From: Clostridia bacterium
GTDB taxonomy: Bacteria > Bacillota > Clostridia > Oscillospirales > CAG-272
Length of the DNA: 64,000 bases
NCBI GenBank assembly: GCA_017513325.1
Contig: JAFXGC010000182.1
Coordinates: 17,106-81,105, forward strand
Direction: 5' to 3'
The notes below the pieces were generated by a model. The model did not search any database, had not been told where the DNA came from, and saw only the letters and a list, made by a program, of their open reading frames with translations. The first letter of the stretch is position 1, and every line of letters begins with the position of its first letter. Made by a program: the position numbers and the translations under genes. Positions 21,873 to 31,784 of the stretch are shown piece after piece.

Positions 21873-21895
21873 AATATAAGGAAATTCAGCACTTA

Positions 21896-22837
21896 ATGAA
21901 TATAATGTTTTTTCTCGAAACGTGCCTGCATAACGGCTTGCACATCCTCGAACACACCCTGAAGGACACGGTCCTTATTATCCCGTTTATGTTTCTGGCA
22001 TATCTGCTCATCGGCGCTCTTGAGCGCGGCGGCGGACGCTTTATGATCCGTGCCATTGTGGGCGCAGGCAAGATCGGTCCCCTTATAGGAGGCGTTCTTG
22101 GCATGGCACCGTCCTGCGGTTTTTCTGCCGCTGCATCAAACCTATACGGAGCAGGTATACTTACAGCAGGAACGCTTATTTCGGTTTATCTTTCCACCTC
22201 TGATGAAATGCTGGCCGTTATGATCTCAAATCAGGCTCCCATAGCAACGATTTTGAAGATCCTGCTCTCAAAAGCACTCAGCGCTGTTATAGCAGGCTTT
22301 GCACTCGACTTTACCATCAGGTTGTTTTATAAGCTAAAATATCCCGAAGAATATGCAGAAAACGATTACGAAAACGACGGCGAGATCTCTGAAGAAGATC
22401 TTGAAGCCTGCAATTGCGGCTGCGGCGACAGCTTTTGCGCAGCAGAAGGAAACCTTTTTGTGTCTGCATTGGTCAGAACACTCAGAGTGTTCGCATTCAT
22501 TTTCGCCCTGTCTTTTTTGATCAACGTCGTTCTTGAGTTTTTCGATATTGCCGACGCCCTCAGAAGCCTTTCAGATATTCCCGTGGTTGGAAGCCTTGTG
22601 GCAGGACTAATCGGTCTTATTCCAAACTGCGCGGTTTCCGTTGCAGTGACGGAACTTTTCCTTGAAGGCATTATCGGCGCGCCCTTTATGCTCACCGCGC
22701 TTCTGGCAGGAGCAGGCAGCGGACTTCTGATTTTGTTCCGCGCAAACGACAATTTCAAAGAAAATCTGCTGGTTTGTGCTGAGGTTTACGGATTTTCCGT
22801 TGTTTTCGGCACCATTTTCGGACATATTTTATTTTGA
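21896..22837 (+). CDS. polytopic membrane protein, ArsP_2-like putative metal exporter
   Basis: 313 aa with about 10 predicted TM segments and an acidic, Cys-containing central loop (EEDLEACNCGCGDSFC). The family call is from memory. Confidence 0.45.
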   Translation: MNIMFFLETCLHNGLHILEHTLKDTVLIIPFMFLAYLLIGALERGGGRFMIRAIVGAGKIGPLIGGVLGMAPSCGFSAAASNLYGAGILTAGTLISVYLSTSDEMLAVMISNQAPIATILKILLSKALSAVIAGFALDFTIRLFYKLKYPEEYAENDYENDGEISEEDLEACNCGCGDSFCAAEGNLFVSALVRTLRVFAFIFALSFLINVVLEFFDIADALRSLSDIPVVGSLVAGLIGLIPNCAVSVAVTELFLEGIIGAPFMLTALLAGAGSGLLILFRANDNFKENLLVCAEVYGFSVVFGTIFGHILF

Positions 22838-22942
22838 TTTGGGAGATATTGGCTGAAACTATTGATTTTTTAAAAAAACAGTAGTACAATATTTGTAATT
22901 GACATAATAAAAATAATGATATCAAACAGGAGATAGATCACT

Positions 22943-24007
22943 ATGGCACAGCTTAAAAGAATAGGAGTTCTCACTTCCGGCGGTGACGCCCCCGGTATGA
23001 ACAGCGCGATTCGCGCCGTTACTCGTACAGCCCTTTCATACGGAGTAGAGGTATTCGGTATTCTGGGCGGCTACAGCGGCCTCGTAAACGATAAGGTAAG
23101 ACCTCTCACAGCAAGAGACGTTTCCGGTATCGAAAGCATCGGCGGCACAATTCTTTACACCGACAGATGTGATGAATTCAAAACAGAAGAAGGTATGGCA
23201 AAGGCAATTGAAACCTGCAAGAAATACCAGCTTGACGGTATCGTTGCCTGCGGCGGCGACGGAACATTCCGCGGCGCAACAGACCTTTCCAACAGAGGAA
23301 TCCCCACAATCGGTGTTCCCTGCACAATTGATAACGATATCGCATCCTCTGAATATTCAATTGGATATGATACAGCAATGAACACAGCAATCGAAGCAAT
23401 CGATAAACTTCGCGACACTTGCGAATCCCACGGCCGTTGCAACGTAGTTGAGGTTATGGGTAACAAAGCAGGCGGTATCGCTATTCAGTCTGCAATCGCG
23501 TGCGGCGCAGTTGGTTGCGTTATCGTTGAGCGCCCCTTCGATGAAGAAGCTCTCTACGAGAAGATGAAGCACCTGAGAGCTGACGGCAAGAGAGGCTTTA
23601 TCGTTGTTGTAAGTGAAATGATCCCCTTCTATGCATCCGAAGAATTTGCAAAGAAAGTTGAAGAAAGCACAGGCATCGAAACAAGATTTGCGCGCCTTGC
23701 TCACGTTGTTCGCGGCGGTAATCCCTCCCTCAGAGACAGAGTTACAGCAGCAAAGATGGGCTCCGAAGCAGTTAAAGAGCTTCTCTGCGGAAAAACAAAC
23801 CTTGTTATCTGCGAAAGAGACAATAAGATTCTTTCTCTTGATATCAACCTGGCTCAGACAGCAGACCGCATCTATAAGGGTAAGGACGATTTCAAGGCTA
23901 TGAATAAATATCCCGAAGAAGATAAGGCTCGCATCAGAAAGATCGTTGATGCAAAGAAGAAGTTCTTCAAGGATATGACAGTTCTTCTCGCTGACCTTAC
24001 TTGCTAA
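22943..24007 (+). CDS. pfkA: ATP-dependent 6-phosphofructokinase
   Basis: Motifs RIGVLTSGGDAPGMN, GGDGT and PCTIDND. Confidence 0.95.
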   Translation: MAQLKRIGVLTSGGDAPGMNSAIRAVTRTALSYGVEVFGILGGYSGLVNDKVRPLTARDVSGIESIGGTILYTDRCDEFKTEEGMAKAIETCKKYQLDGIVACGGDGTFRGATDLSNRGIPTIGVPCTIDNDIASSEYSIGYDTAMNTAIEAIDKLRDTCESHGRCNVVEVMGNKAGGIAIQSAIACGAVGCVIVERPFDEEALYEKMKHLRADGKRGFIVVVSEMIPFYASEEFAKKVEESTGIETRFARLAHVVRGGNPSLRDRVTAAKMGSEAVKELLCGKTNLVICERDNKILSLDINLAQTADRIYKGKDDFKAMNKYPEEDKARIRKIVDAKKKFFKDMTVLLADLTC

Positions 24008-24019
24008 AAACATAACTTT

Positions 24020-24047
24020 AAAAGCGGCGTTTTCGCCGCTTTTAGTT
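24020..24047 (+). terminator. pfkA terminator
   Basis: agcggcg (24022-24028) pairs with cgccgct (24034-24040), followed by a T run. Confidence 0.65.
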
Positions 24048-24062
24048 TGTTAAGGAGATTTT

Positions 24063-24260
24063 ATGGCTGCAAATAAAAAACTGAAAATGACAGATTGCGA
24101 ATCCTGTATGTACTACGACTACGACGAATATATGGAAGCCTACGTGTGCACTCTGGACCTTGATGAAGACGAAATGATCCGTTTTCTCGGCCATCCCTAT
24201 TCCAGCTGCCCATATTATAAGTTCTACGACGAGTATAAAACTGTCCAAAAACAGAACTAA
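24063..24260 (+). CDS. small acidic Cys-containing protein of unknown function
   Basis: 65 aa. RBS aaggag sits 6 nt upstream of the ATG. The composition is acidic and Tyr/Cys-rich (CESCMYYDYDEY...CTLDLDEDE...SSCPYY). Confidence 0.5.
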   Translation: MAANKKLKMTDCESCMYYDYDEYMEAYVCTLDLDEDEMIRFLGHPYSSCPYYKFYDEYKTVQKQN

Positions 24261-24320
24261 AGAAACTTTTTCTTAATTTTTTCTTTTCAAATTGATAACT
24301 TTTCAGAAAAAGTATATACA

Positions 24321-24349
24321 TTGACAATATTGCCGCTTTGTGTTAAAAT
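24321..24349 (+). promoter_or_regulatory. sigma-A promoter of abrB
   Basis: TTGACA (24321-24326), 17 nt, then TGtTAAAAT (extended -10, 24341-24349). Confidence 0.6.
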
Positions 24350-24438
24350 TTGTAAAAAGATGATGCAAAGAGGTTTTCTCTCACCCTCATAGCATTTTAA
24401 AACGACATTACGTTATTCCAGAAAGGTCAGGTAAATAT

Positions 24439-24678
24439 ATGAAATCCCTCGGCATTGTTAGAAAAGTTGACGAGCTCGGCAGAATCGTTCTCCCTAAAGA
24501 GATCAGAACATCCTTTGATCTTGAACCCGGCGACGGCGTTGAGATCTTCGTTGAAAAAGATAAGATCATCCTTCAGAAATATGCTCCCTGCTGCATTTTC
24601 TGCGGCGAAGCTGATGATATCGTTATGTTCAAAAACAAGCGCGTTTGCCGCACTTGCCTTGAAGAACTCAGCAAATAA
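24439..24678 (+). CDS. abrB: AbrB/SpoVT-family transition-state regulator with a C-terminal Cys cluster
   Basis: MKSLGIVRKVDELGRIVLPKEIR is the swapped-hairpin AbrB N-domain. The C-terminus carries CCIFCG...CRTC. Confidence 0.85.
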   Translation: MKSLGIVRKVDELGRIVLPKEIRTSFDLEPGDGVEIFVEKDKIILQKYAPCCIFCGEADDIVMFKNKRVCRTCLEELSK

Positions 24679-24695
24679 TCAATCGCAAAAAAATA

Positions 24696-24755
24696 ATTCC
24701 CCGCTTATTGCCCGTGTTAAATCGGGTTAAAACAAGCGGGGAATTTTTCTTTTTC
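24696..24755 (+). terminator. abrB terminator
   Basis: aattccccgctt (24696-24707) pairs with aagcggggaatt (24734-24745), followed by a T-rich run. Confidence 0.65.
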
Positions 24756-24829
24756 CCCTTTCCCGATGACTCAAAACAAAAAACAATAAAAAAAGCTATC
24801 CCCTTTGCGACTTCATTTTCCTCTCCATA

Positions 24830-27196
24830 ATGGGAAAATACCCATACAAAAAAGAAAGGAAATTAAAAGAAATGGATGTTTCAAAAATCAAAAAAACTCA
24901 GGCAGAGGGGATAGCTTCTATTTTAAAAAATCTTGAAGTTGTTCTTGAAAACAAATTCGTGAGCACCATAATAAAACCGCTTCTTTGGCTGATCTCAGCT
25001 CTTGCCCTTTCATCAACGGAGGCTATAATCGGAGTGACACCCTTCGGCGTTTCTCTTGTTTGCGCAGCAAACGGATTCATTTGCACGTCAGCCGCTATGT
25101 GCGGCGCTGTGCTCGGCTCTGCAAGCCTTGGACAAAGCGGACTTTGGCAAATATTCGTGTGCACGGGGGCATACGTTGTCAGATTGGCAGTTTCATTTAT
25201 TGAAAAAAGAAAGAATTTCACCTTGGATAAAGCGTTTACTGAAAAAACGCCTATGAGAATACTGACGGCTGCCATAGCATCCATTGCCGCAGGCTCGGCA
25301 ACCGTGCTTTACGGCGGAAATATGTATCTGGATATTTTCTCAGCCGTTTCGGGATTCGCCCTTTATCCTGCCTTTACATATGCCCTGTGCCTGTTGCTTT
25401 CAAAAAAAGAAAAGCAGAACGCACGCGTTTCAGGACTTTGCGCCGCAATATACGCCATAGCCCTCACTCTGCAGTCGTGGCATCTGCCTTTTAACGCAGG
25501 CGCAGTTTTCACACTGGCAGCCACACTTGTTTTCACGTATACCAATGGGGCACTTCAGGGCGCAGCCGTGGGAATTTTCGGCGGAATGGCACTGGAGGCT
25601 GCATACGCGCCAATGTTTCCCCTTGCCGCTTTTACAGCAGGCCTTATAAATAAATATTCCGCCTCGGGCGCTGTTATATGCTCGGGTGCCGTTGCTATGT
25701 GCTGGGCTTTTCGGGTTTCGGGATTCGGAGCAATGGGAGACCTGCTGGCAGAGATATTGTTCACATCAGCCGCCCTTGCGCCCATTGCCAATATGGGAAT
25801 CTTCCCCAAAAGAGAATTTTTTCAGCCGCAAAAAGAATTTGTTTTGCCACAAAGCCCTCCAAACCGTATGCTTGAAGAAAAAATGGGAAAACTATCCCTT
25901 TCCCTTGATGAAATCTCTGATCTGCTTACGGAAGTTTCCCATAAGGTGCAAAGGCCCACCTCGCAGGAGGCTGAGCGTATCTGCGCATCAGCCAAAGCCA
26001 AATTCTGCCGTGGCTGTGTTCACTATAATATCTGTACGGGAGTTGAAAAAAATGAAACGAACCGTTTCTTTCATACCCTGCAAAGCACGCTTGAGGAAAG
26101 CGGAGGAGCAGGGGCAGGAATAGTTCCGCAAAGACTTGCCTCCAGATGCCATAATATTGACAAAATCCTTGACTATACAAGTACATCTGCAAAAATCACA
26201 GGCAGACTTGCGGCAGAAAGCTGCAAAACCCGACTTTTTGCCTCGGATTATAAAGCCATAGCTTCCCTTCTTCGCCAGAGCGCCAAGCCCGATGAAGACG
26301 TTTGGGAAAGAGATTCCGAAAAAGAAATTGCCCTGATCAACAGTTTTTCCAATATGGGGGTTGATATAACGGGAGTGTCGGTTTACGGAAAACGATGCCG
26401 CAAAATATATTTCAGAGGAATAGGTATGCCCAATGCCGCAGGCGAAGATGATATCAGGCGCGAAAGCGAAAAAATAGTTGGCGGAAGGCTTTCTTCGCCC
26501 GATTTCACCATCGACGGAAAATGCGTTTCCGCATATATGCACACAGTTCCCAGATTTTCCATCGAATCGGGAAAATATTCATCCGCAGGCAAAAAAGATA
26601 ATTTCAGCGGCGACACGGTTTGTTCCTTCAATAACGACGAAGGTTATTATTATTCCCTTGTTTCCGACGGAATGGGAAGCGGAAAGGAAGCGGCGCTCAC
26701 AAGCGGTATTTCTGCCGTTTTCCTTGAAAAGCTGCTTCTTGCAGGAGCTCCCATGAAAAGCACTCTTGAACTACTTAACGCTTTCATTTGCGGCGGCGAG
26801 GGAGAATGCTTTACAACGGTTGACCTTATGGAAAGCGACCTCTATACCGGCAGAACAAGCTTTATAAAAAGCGGCGCCGCGCCATCATTCGTTCTCAGAA
26901 ACGGAAAGGTTTTCCGTCTTCATTCAAAAACCGTACCCATAGGAATCATCAGAGCCCTTGATGCAGAAAAAATCACTTTCGATATTATGCCGGGAGATAT
27001 GATAGTTATGCTTAGCGACGGAGTTACGGGAAGCTACGAAGCCTGCCCCTGGCTTTATGAATTGCTTGAAGGTAAAAATCTCCCTTCTCTCACTCCCAAA
27101 GAAGCGGCCAAAGTGATCGGACAAGCAGCAGAAAAAGCTACGGATAAGGAGGATGATATAACTGTTGCCGTTATGAAAGTTAAAGAATGTGCTTAG
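24830..27196 (+). CDS. spoIIE: stage II sporulation protein E (membrane PP2C phosphatase)
   Basis: 788 aa with an N-terminal ~10-TM region and a C-terminal PP2C domain (SGDTVCSF, VSDGMGSG, MLSDGV). The start could instead be ATG 24872. Confidence 0.85.
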   Translation: MGKYPYKKERKLKEMDVSKIKKTQAEGIASILKNLEVVLENKFVSTIIKPLLWLISALALSSTEAIIGVTPFGVSLVCAANGFICTSAAMCGAVLGSASLGQSGLWQIFVCTGAYVVRLAVSFIEKRKNFTLDKAFTEKTPMRILTAAIASIAAGSATVLYGGNMYLDIFSAVSGFALYPAFTYALCLLLSKKEKQNARVSGLCAAIYAIALTLQSWHLPFNAGAVFTLAATLVFTYTNGALQGAAVGIFGGMALEAAYAPMFPLAAFTAGLINKYSASGAVICSGAVAMCWAFRVSGFGAMGDLLAEILFTSAALAPIANMGIFPKREFFQPQKEFVLPQSPPNRMLEEKMGKLSLSLDEISDLLTEVSHKVQRPTSQEAERICASAKAKFCRGCVHYNICTGVEKNETNRFFHTLQSTLEESGGAGAGIVPQRLASRCHNIDKILDYTSTSAKITGRLAAESCKTRLFASDYKAIASLLRQSAKPDEDVWERDSEKEIALINSFSNMGVDITGVSVYGKRCRKIYFRGIGMPNAAGEDDIRRESEKIVGGRLSSPDFTIDGKCVSAYMHTVPRFSIESGKYSSAGKKDNFSGDTVCSFNNDEGYYYSLVSDGMGSGKEAALTSGISAVFLEKLLLAGAPMKSTLELLNAFICGGEGECFTTVDLMESDLYTGRTSFIKSGAAPSFVLRNGKVFRLHSKTVPIGIIRALDAEKITFDIMPGDMIVMLSDGVTGSYEACPWLYELLEGKNLPSLTPKEAAKVIGQAAEKATDKEDDITVAVMKVKECA

Positions 27197-27295
27197 TGTT
27201 GATATGAATAAAAAAATGTGGTAGAATAATATAAACAGCGTGAAAGTCATTCACATTTAATTCAGCACCGCGCAGTCGGATTTACGGAGATTCTT

Positions 27296-28069
27296 ATGAA
27301 AACTGTTGTTATTCTTGTTGACGGAATGCGTCCCGACGGACTTATGGACATTCCTTACGCTAAAACCATGAGCGAAATGGCATCATTCACAATGAATGCA
27401 AGTACTGTTTATCCATCAGTTACACTCCCTTGCCATATGTCACTCTTCCATAGCGTTGACCCCTCACGCCACGGAGTTACTACCAATACATACACCCCTC
27501 AGGTGCGCCCTGTCAAAGGCCTTTGCGAAGTGCTTAACGACAACGGAAAGTCCTGCGCCTTCTTCTATAACTGGGAAGAACTGCGCGACCTTTCACGCCC
27601 CGGTTCGCTTATTAAAAGCTACTACGTTTCTGAAAGAAAGCTTGGCTTTGAAGAAGCTAACCGCCTTGTGACTGATGCGGCTATCACCAGCCTTACAGAA
27701 GACGATCCCGACTTTATTTTCCTCTACCTTGGCTGGCCCGACCACGCAGGTCATTGGCACGGCTGGATGGGAGAGGAATATTTCCACTCCGTTCGTCGCT
27801 CCTGGGACGAAATTGAACGCTTTATGGGTGAGCTTGCAAAGAAAAATGAGGAATACACTGTTTTCATCACAGCCGACCACGGCGGACACGACAGAGGCCA
27901 CGGTGCTGATATTCCCGAAGATATGATAATCCCACTTTATATACTCGGAAAAGATTTTGAAGCAGGCAAAAATATTGAGGATGCTAATATTATGGATATT
28001 GCTCCCACTGTAACTAAGCTTTTTGATATCACTCCCCCTGCAGAATGGGAAGGTAAATCACTGATATAA
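27296..28069 (+). CDS. alkaline-phosphatase-superfamily phosphodiesterase/nucleotide pyrophosphatase-like protein
   Basis: 257 aa with MKTVVILVDGMRPD, YPSVTLPCH and TADHGGHDRGHG metal-ligand motifs. Confidence 0.7.
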   Translation: MKTVVILVDGMRPDGLMDIPYAKTMSEMASFTMNASTVYPSVTLPCHMSLFHSVDPSRHGVTTNTYTPQVRPVKGLCEVLNDNGKSCAFFYNWEELRDLSRPGSLIKSYYVSERKLGFEEANRLVTDAAITSLTEDDPDFIFLYLGWPDHAGHWHGWMGEEYFHSVRRSWDEIERFMGELAKKNEEYTVFITADHGGHDRGHGADIPEDMIIPLYILGKDFEAGKNIEDANIMDIAPTVTKLFDITPPAEWEGKSLI

Positions 28070-28089
28070 ACAAACGGAGGTGATCGCTT

Positions 28090-30057
28090 GTGGATAAATT
28101 CAAGCTACATTCAAAATACAAGCCAACGGGCGATCAGCCCCAGGCAATTGATAAGCTGACATCAGGTATTGAAGCAGGAATGAGAGCTCAGACGCTTCTT
28201 GGCGTTACAGGCTCGGGCAAAACCTTCACAATGGCAAACGTTATAGCCAATGTGAACCGTCCTACACTTGTTCTCGCTCACAATAAAACCCTTGCAGCCC
28301 AGCTTTGTTGCGAATTTCGCGAATTTTTCCCCGAAAATGCCGTTGAATACTTCGTTTCCTACTACGACTATTATCAGCCCGAAGCTTACGTGCCGGGCAA
28401 GGATATGTATATCGAAAAGGATTCATCCATCAACGACGAGATCGATAAACTGCGCCACAGCGCAACGTCCGCGCTTTTTGAAAGACGGGACGTTATAATC
28501 GTTGCCAGCGTTTCCTGCATATATTCTCTCGGCCCGCCGGAAGAATATCAATCACAAATGGTTGCCGTGCGACCCGGAATGATCATGGAACGTGACGAGC
28601 TTGCGGCACGCCTTATTGCCATCAGCTACGACCGCAACGACTTCAGCTTCACAAGAGGCAATTTCAGAATGAGGGGCGACACCCTTGAAATATTCCCTGC
28701 AAACCAGAACGAAAAAGCAATCAGAGTTGAATTTTTCGGCGATGAAATTGACAGGATCGCCGAGTTCGATCCTCTGACTGGAAGCGTTCTTCAATACGTG
28801 AACTACGCCGCAGTTTTCCCCGCCAACCACTATGTTGTTGCCCCAGAGGGCAGAGAAAATGCACTTAAAGAAATTGAACGTGAGATGGTTGAGCGAGTTG
28901 CGTATTTTCAGGAAAACGGCAAGCTGCTTGAAGCGCAGAGAATTGAAGAGCGCACGCGATACGATCTTGAAATGCTGCGCGAAATAGGTTTCTGTTCAGG
29001 AGTTGAAAACTATTCAAGAGTGCTCTCAGGCAGAGAGCCGGGCTCCACTCCCTATACCCTTCTTGACTACTTCCCAAAGGACTTCATAATGTTCGTGGAT
29101 GAATCCCACGTTACCTTGCCGCAGGTTCGCGGAATGTTCGGCGGAGACAGAGCAAGAAAGCAAAACCTTGTGGACTACGGCTTCCGCCTTCCCTCAGCTT
29201 ACGATAACAGACCCCTTAATTTCGGCGAATTTGAAGAAAAGATCAACCAGGTGATCATGGTTTCGGCTACCCCTGCGGAATACGAAAAAACACACTCTCT
29301 GCAGACCGTTGAGCAGATCATACGCCCCACGGGTCTGCTTGATCCTGAAATTGAAGTTCGCCCCGTTGAAACACAGATAGATGACCTGCTTACCGAAGTG
29401 AGAGCGAGAACAGCCAAGGGCGAAAGAGTTCTTGTGACAACGCTTACCAAAAAAATGGCTGAAGACCTGACGGAATATATGGATGAACAGGGTATCAGAG
29501 TTAAATATATACATCACAACGTTGAAACAATGGAGCGTAGCGAGCTTATCCGCGATCTTAGAATGGGACTGTTCGACGTGCTTGTGGGAATCAATTTGCT
29601 CAGAGAAGGAATCGATTTGCCCGAAGTTACCCTTGTTGCTATTCTTGATGCCGACAAAGAAGGTCTGCTGCGAAGTGAAACGTCACTTATTCAGACTATC
29701 GGACGAGCTGCCCGAAACGTTGGCGGTAAAGTTATTATGTATGCAGATAATATAACCCGTTCAATGGATGCGGCAATAAAAGAAACCAACCGACGCCGAG
29801 CAATTCAGCAGAAATATAACGAAGAAAACGGTATCACACCGCAGACCATCAAAAAAGAGATCGGCGAGCTTATTAAGATCGGCACCACAGGCGGAAAACG
29901 CGGTAAGGTCGATAAGAAAAAGCTTTCCGCAACGGAAAAGGCGGCTGAAATCGAGCGCCTGAGAGCAGAAATGAAGAAAGCCGCTTCCGAGCTCAGGTTT
30001 GAAGAAGCCGCTTATCTCAGAGATAAGATCAAAAGCCTTGAAATAGAAAAGAAATGA
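28090..30057 (+). CDS. uvrB: excinuclease ABC subunit B
   Basis: 655 aa with [12 protein letters not shown], helicase motifs and a C-terminal UVR domain. GTG start with RBS ggaggtg. Confidence 0.95.
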   Translation: MDKFKLHSKYKPTGDQPQAIDKLTSGIEAGMRAQTLLGVTGSGKTFTMANVIANVNRPTLVLAHNKTLAAQLCCEFREFFPENAVEYFVSYYDYYQPEAYVPGKDMYIEKDSSINDEIDKLRHSATSALFERRDVIIVASVSCIYSLGPPEEYQSQMVAVRPGMIMERDELAARLIAISYDRNDFSFTRGNFRMRGDTLEIFPANQNEKAIRVEFFGDEIDRIAEFDPLTGSVLQYVNYAAVFPANHYVVAPEGRENALKEIEREMVERVAYFQENGKLLEAQRIEERTRYDLEMLREIGFCSGVENYSRVLSGREPGSTPYTLLDYFPKDFIMFVDESHVTLPQVRGMFGGDRARKQNLVDYGFRLPSAYDNRPLNFGEFEEKINQVIMVSATPAEYEKTHSLQTVEQIIRPTGLLDPEIEVRPVETQIDDLLTEVRARTAKGERVLVTTLTKKMAEDLTEYMDEQGIRVKYIHHNVETMERSELIRDLRMGLFDVLVGINLLREGIDLPEVTLVAILDADKEGLLRSETSLIQTIGRAARNVGGKVIMYADNITRSMDAAIKETNRRRAIQQKYNEENGITPQTIKKEIGELIKIGTTGGKRGKVDKKKLSATEKAAEIERLRAEMKKAASELRFEEAAYLRDKIKSLEIEKK

Positions 30058-30104
30058 GGCTTTTCCTTTGTCTTGCATAAGTGGCCCCAATATATGTTTT
30101 CCCC

Positions 30105-30133
30105 TTGACAAAAATTGATTATATGTATAAAAT
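30105..30133 (+). promoter_or_regulatory. sigma-A promoter upstream of the DUF1292 gene
   Basis: TTGACA (30105-30110), 17 nt, then TAAAAT (30128-30133). Confidence 0.55.
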
Positions 30134-30176
30134 AGTAGTATGTAAGCATACTATTATTACAGAAGGAGATAAATCC

Positions 30177-30479
30177 ATGGCAGACGAAATTTTCGAAACT
30201 GAAATCTATACTCTCACAGACGACGAAGGCGTTGAAAGCGATTTCGAGCTTATCGGCACAGTTGAACTTGAGGGTGTAACATATTACGCACTCGTTCCTT
30301 ACACAGAAGACGAAAACGCTGAAATCGATGAATACATCGTGCTCCGCGGCGAAAAGGACGAAAACGGCGAAGATGTTCTCGTTTCCATCGAAGACGACGA
30401 AGAATTCGATCGCGTTGCTGATATTTTCGACGACGAATTCGCTGATGTTGACTTTGAAGAAGCAGCTGACGAAGAGTAA
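30177..30479 (+). CDS. DUF1292 family protein
   Basis: MADEIFETEIYTLTDDEGVESDFELIGTVELEGVTYYALVPY followed by an acidic tail. ATG 30177 follows RBS aaggag, so the track's upstream start at 30081 is unlikely. Confidence 0.75.
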   Translation: MADEIFETEIYTLTDDEGVESDFELIGTVELEGVTYYALVPYTEDENAEIDEYIVLRGEKDENGEDVLVSIEDDEEFDRVADIFDDEFADVDFEEAADEE

Positions 30480-30494
30480 TTTATAATAATTACG

Positions 30495-30712
30495 CTTTTT
30501 TCCTGCAGTGTTTCGTGATAGGGTTGCTAATTGAACCCACAGTTGATTAATGGAGTGAACACTCCGCGTAGGAATGCAGGCCTCCCGACCGCCTCTCTTT
30601 TGACAGACGAATCGGACGTTGGAAGCACAAAGCGCGGACGACGCACACCACCTTGCATGAGCAGGGTTTCACATTGTGACTTTACACGGCACTGCGGGAT
30701 CTTTTCTTTTTT
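30495..30712 (+). ncRNA. ssrS: probable 6S RNA (SsrS)
   Basis: An ORF-free ~215-nt stretch. A closing stem pairs CCUGCAGUG (30502-30510) with CACUGCGGG (30690-30698) and is followed by a U tract. Internal segments CUCCGCGUAGG and GGACGACGCACACCACCUUG...AGGGUU resemble, from memory, E. coli 6S segments CUCCGCGGUUGG and GACGACACAUUCACCUUG...AGGGUU. Confidence 0.6.
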
Positions 30713-30753
30713 CAGAAAACCCGGATACTCCGGGAAAACTGTGAATACAACAA

Positions 30754-30793
30754 AACCTGCAAACAAAAATGTTTGCAGGTTTTTTGTTTTTTT
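30754..30793 (+). terminator. rho-independent terminator
   Basis: aacctgcaaac (30754-30764) pairs with gtttgcaggtt (30771-30781), followed by a T run. Confidence 0.75.
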
Positions 30794-30796
30794 ATC

Positions 30797-30825
30797 TTGA
30801 CAAGAAGATTTGCCTGTGCTATACT
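30797..30825 (+). promoter_or_regulatory. sigma-A promoter of the sdpR/sdpI-like pair
   Basis: TTGACA (30797-30802), 17 nt, then TATACT (30820-30825). Confidence 0.6.
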
Positions 30826-30862
30826 TTATTTAACATTTAAGTTAAATGTTAAAGGAGGATAT

Positions 30863-31135
30863 ATGGGACTTCAAAACACTCTGAAAGCTCTATCCGATCC
30901 CATTCGCCGCGAAATACTTAATATGCTCAAAAACGGACGAATGGCGGCAGGAGAAATCACAGACAGATTTGATATCACGGGTGCGGCAATATCCCGCCAT
31001 CTGTCAGTGCTCAAAGAAGCGGATCTTATTCGCGACAAAAGAGAAGGCAAATTTATATTCTATGAGCTTAACGCCTCAGTTCTTGAGGAAATAATGCTCT
31101 GGATCCACGATCTGAAAGGAGATAACCATGATTAA
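30863..31135 (+). CDS. ArsR/SdpR-family transcriptional repressor
   Basis: MGLQNTLKALSDPIRREILNML is a winged-helix ArsR signature. ATG 30863 follows RBS aaaggagga. Confidence 0.85.
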   Translation: MGLQNTLKALSDPIRREILNMLKNGRMAAGEITDRFDITGAAISRHLSVLKEADLIRDKREGKFIFYELNASVLEEIMLWIHDLKGDNHD

Positions 31136-31766
31136 GAAAAACCTTCCTATGTTGATCATAACATCAATTATAATCCTTATTCCCATTATAGTGGGACTGA
31201 TTCTCTGGAATATGCTTCCTGATAAAATAGCAACCCATTGGAACGTGGAAGGTATCGCCGACGGATTTTCAAGCAAAACCTTTGCCGTTTTCGGCCTTCC
31301 TGCAATTCTTGTTGCCATTCACTGGCTGTGCACATTCATAACAAGTATGGATCCCAAAAGCAAAAATATCGACAGCAAGCCAATGACTCTTGTTTTGTGG
31401 ATATGCCCTGTTATGTCCCTGCTCATAGGCTCTTTGATCTATGCAACTGCTCTCGGATATAGCATTAGCGTTGAAATAATCATGCCTCTTGTAATGGGCG
31501 TTCTGTTTGTGATAGTGGGCAACTATATGCCTAAATGCAAGCAAAATTACTCTATTGGCATAAAAGTGCCGTGGGCTCTTGAAAATGAGGATAACTGGAA
31601 CAAAACTCACCGTTTTGCCGGAATTCTCTGGGTTATTGGCGGAATCATCGTTATGGCAACTGCATTTCTCGGATCATTTTATATCATGCTTCCCATCGTT
31701 TTCATTATGACTTTTGCACCTATGATCTATTCCTATTGCTATTATAAGAAAAACGGTAGTAAATGA
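31128..31766 (+). CDS. SdpI/YhfL-family membrane protein (DUF1648 + SdpI domains)
   Basis: 212 aa and polytopic, translationally coupled to the ArsR-type gene as in sdpR-sdpI. Confidence 0.7.
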   Translation: MIKKNLPMLIITSIIILIPIIVGLILWNMLPDKIATHWNVEGIADGFSSKTFAVFGLPAILVAIHWLCTFITSMDPKSKNIDSKPMTLVLWICPVMSLLIGSLIYATALGYSISVEIIMPLVMGVLFVIVGNYMPKCKQNYSIGIKVPWALENEDNWNKTHRFAGILWVIGGIIVMATAFLGSFYIMLPIVFIMTFAPMIYSYCYYKKNGSK

Positions 31767-31784
31767 AAAACTGCAGTTTGCAGG

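Noticed and set aside
30495-30800. SRP RNA, tmRNA or RNase P RNA, or the two 79-89-aa ORFs, as explanations for this gap
   Set aside because: There is no GGAAGCAGC/GNAR helix-8 pattern in an SRP-like context, no tRNA-like CCA end or tag frame, and no GAGGAAAGUCC. The ORFs lack an RBS and coding character. 6S-like segments fit better.
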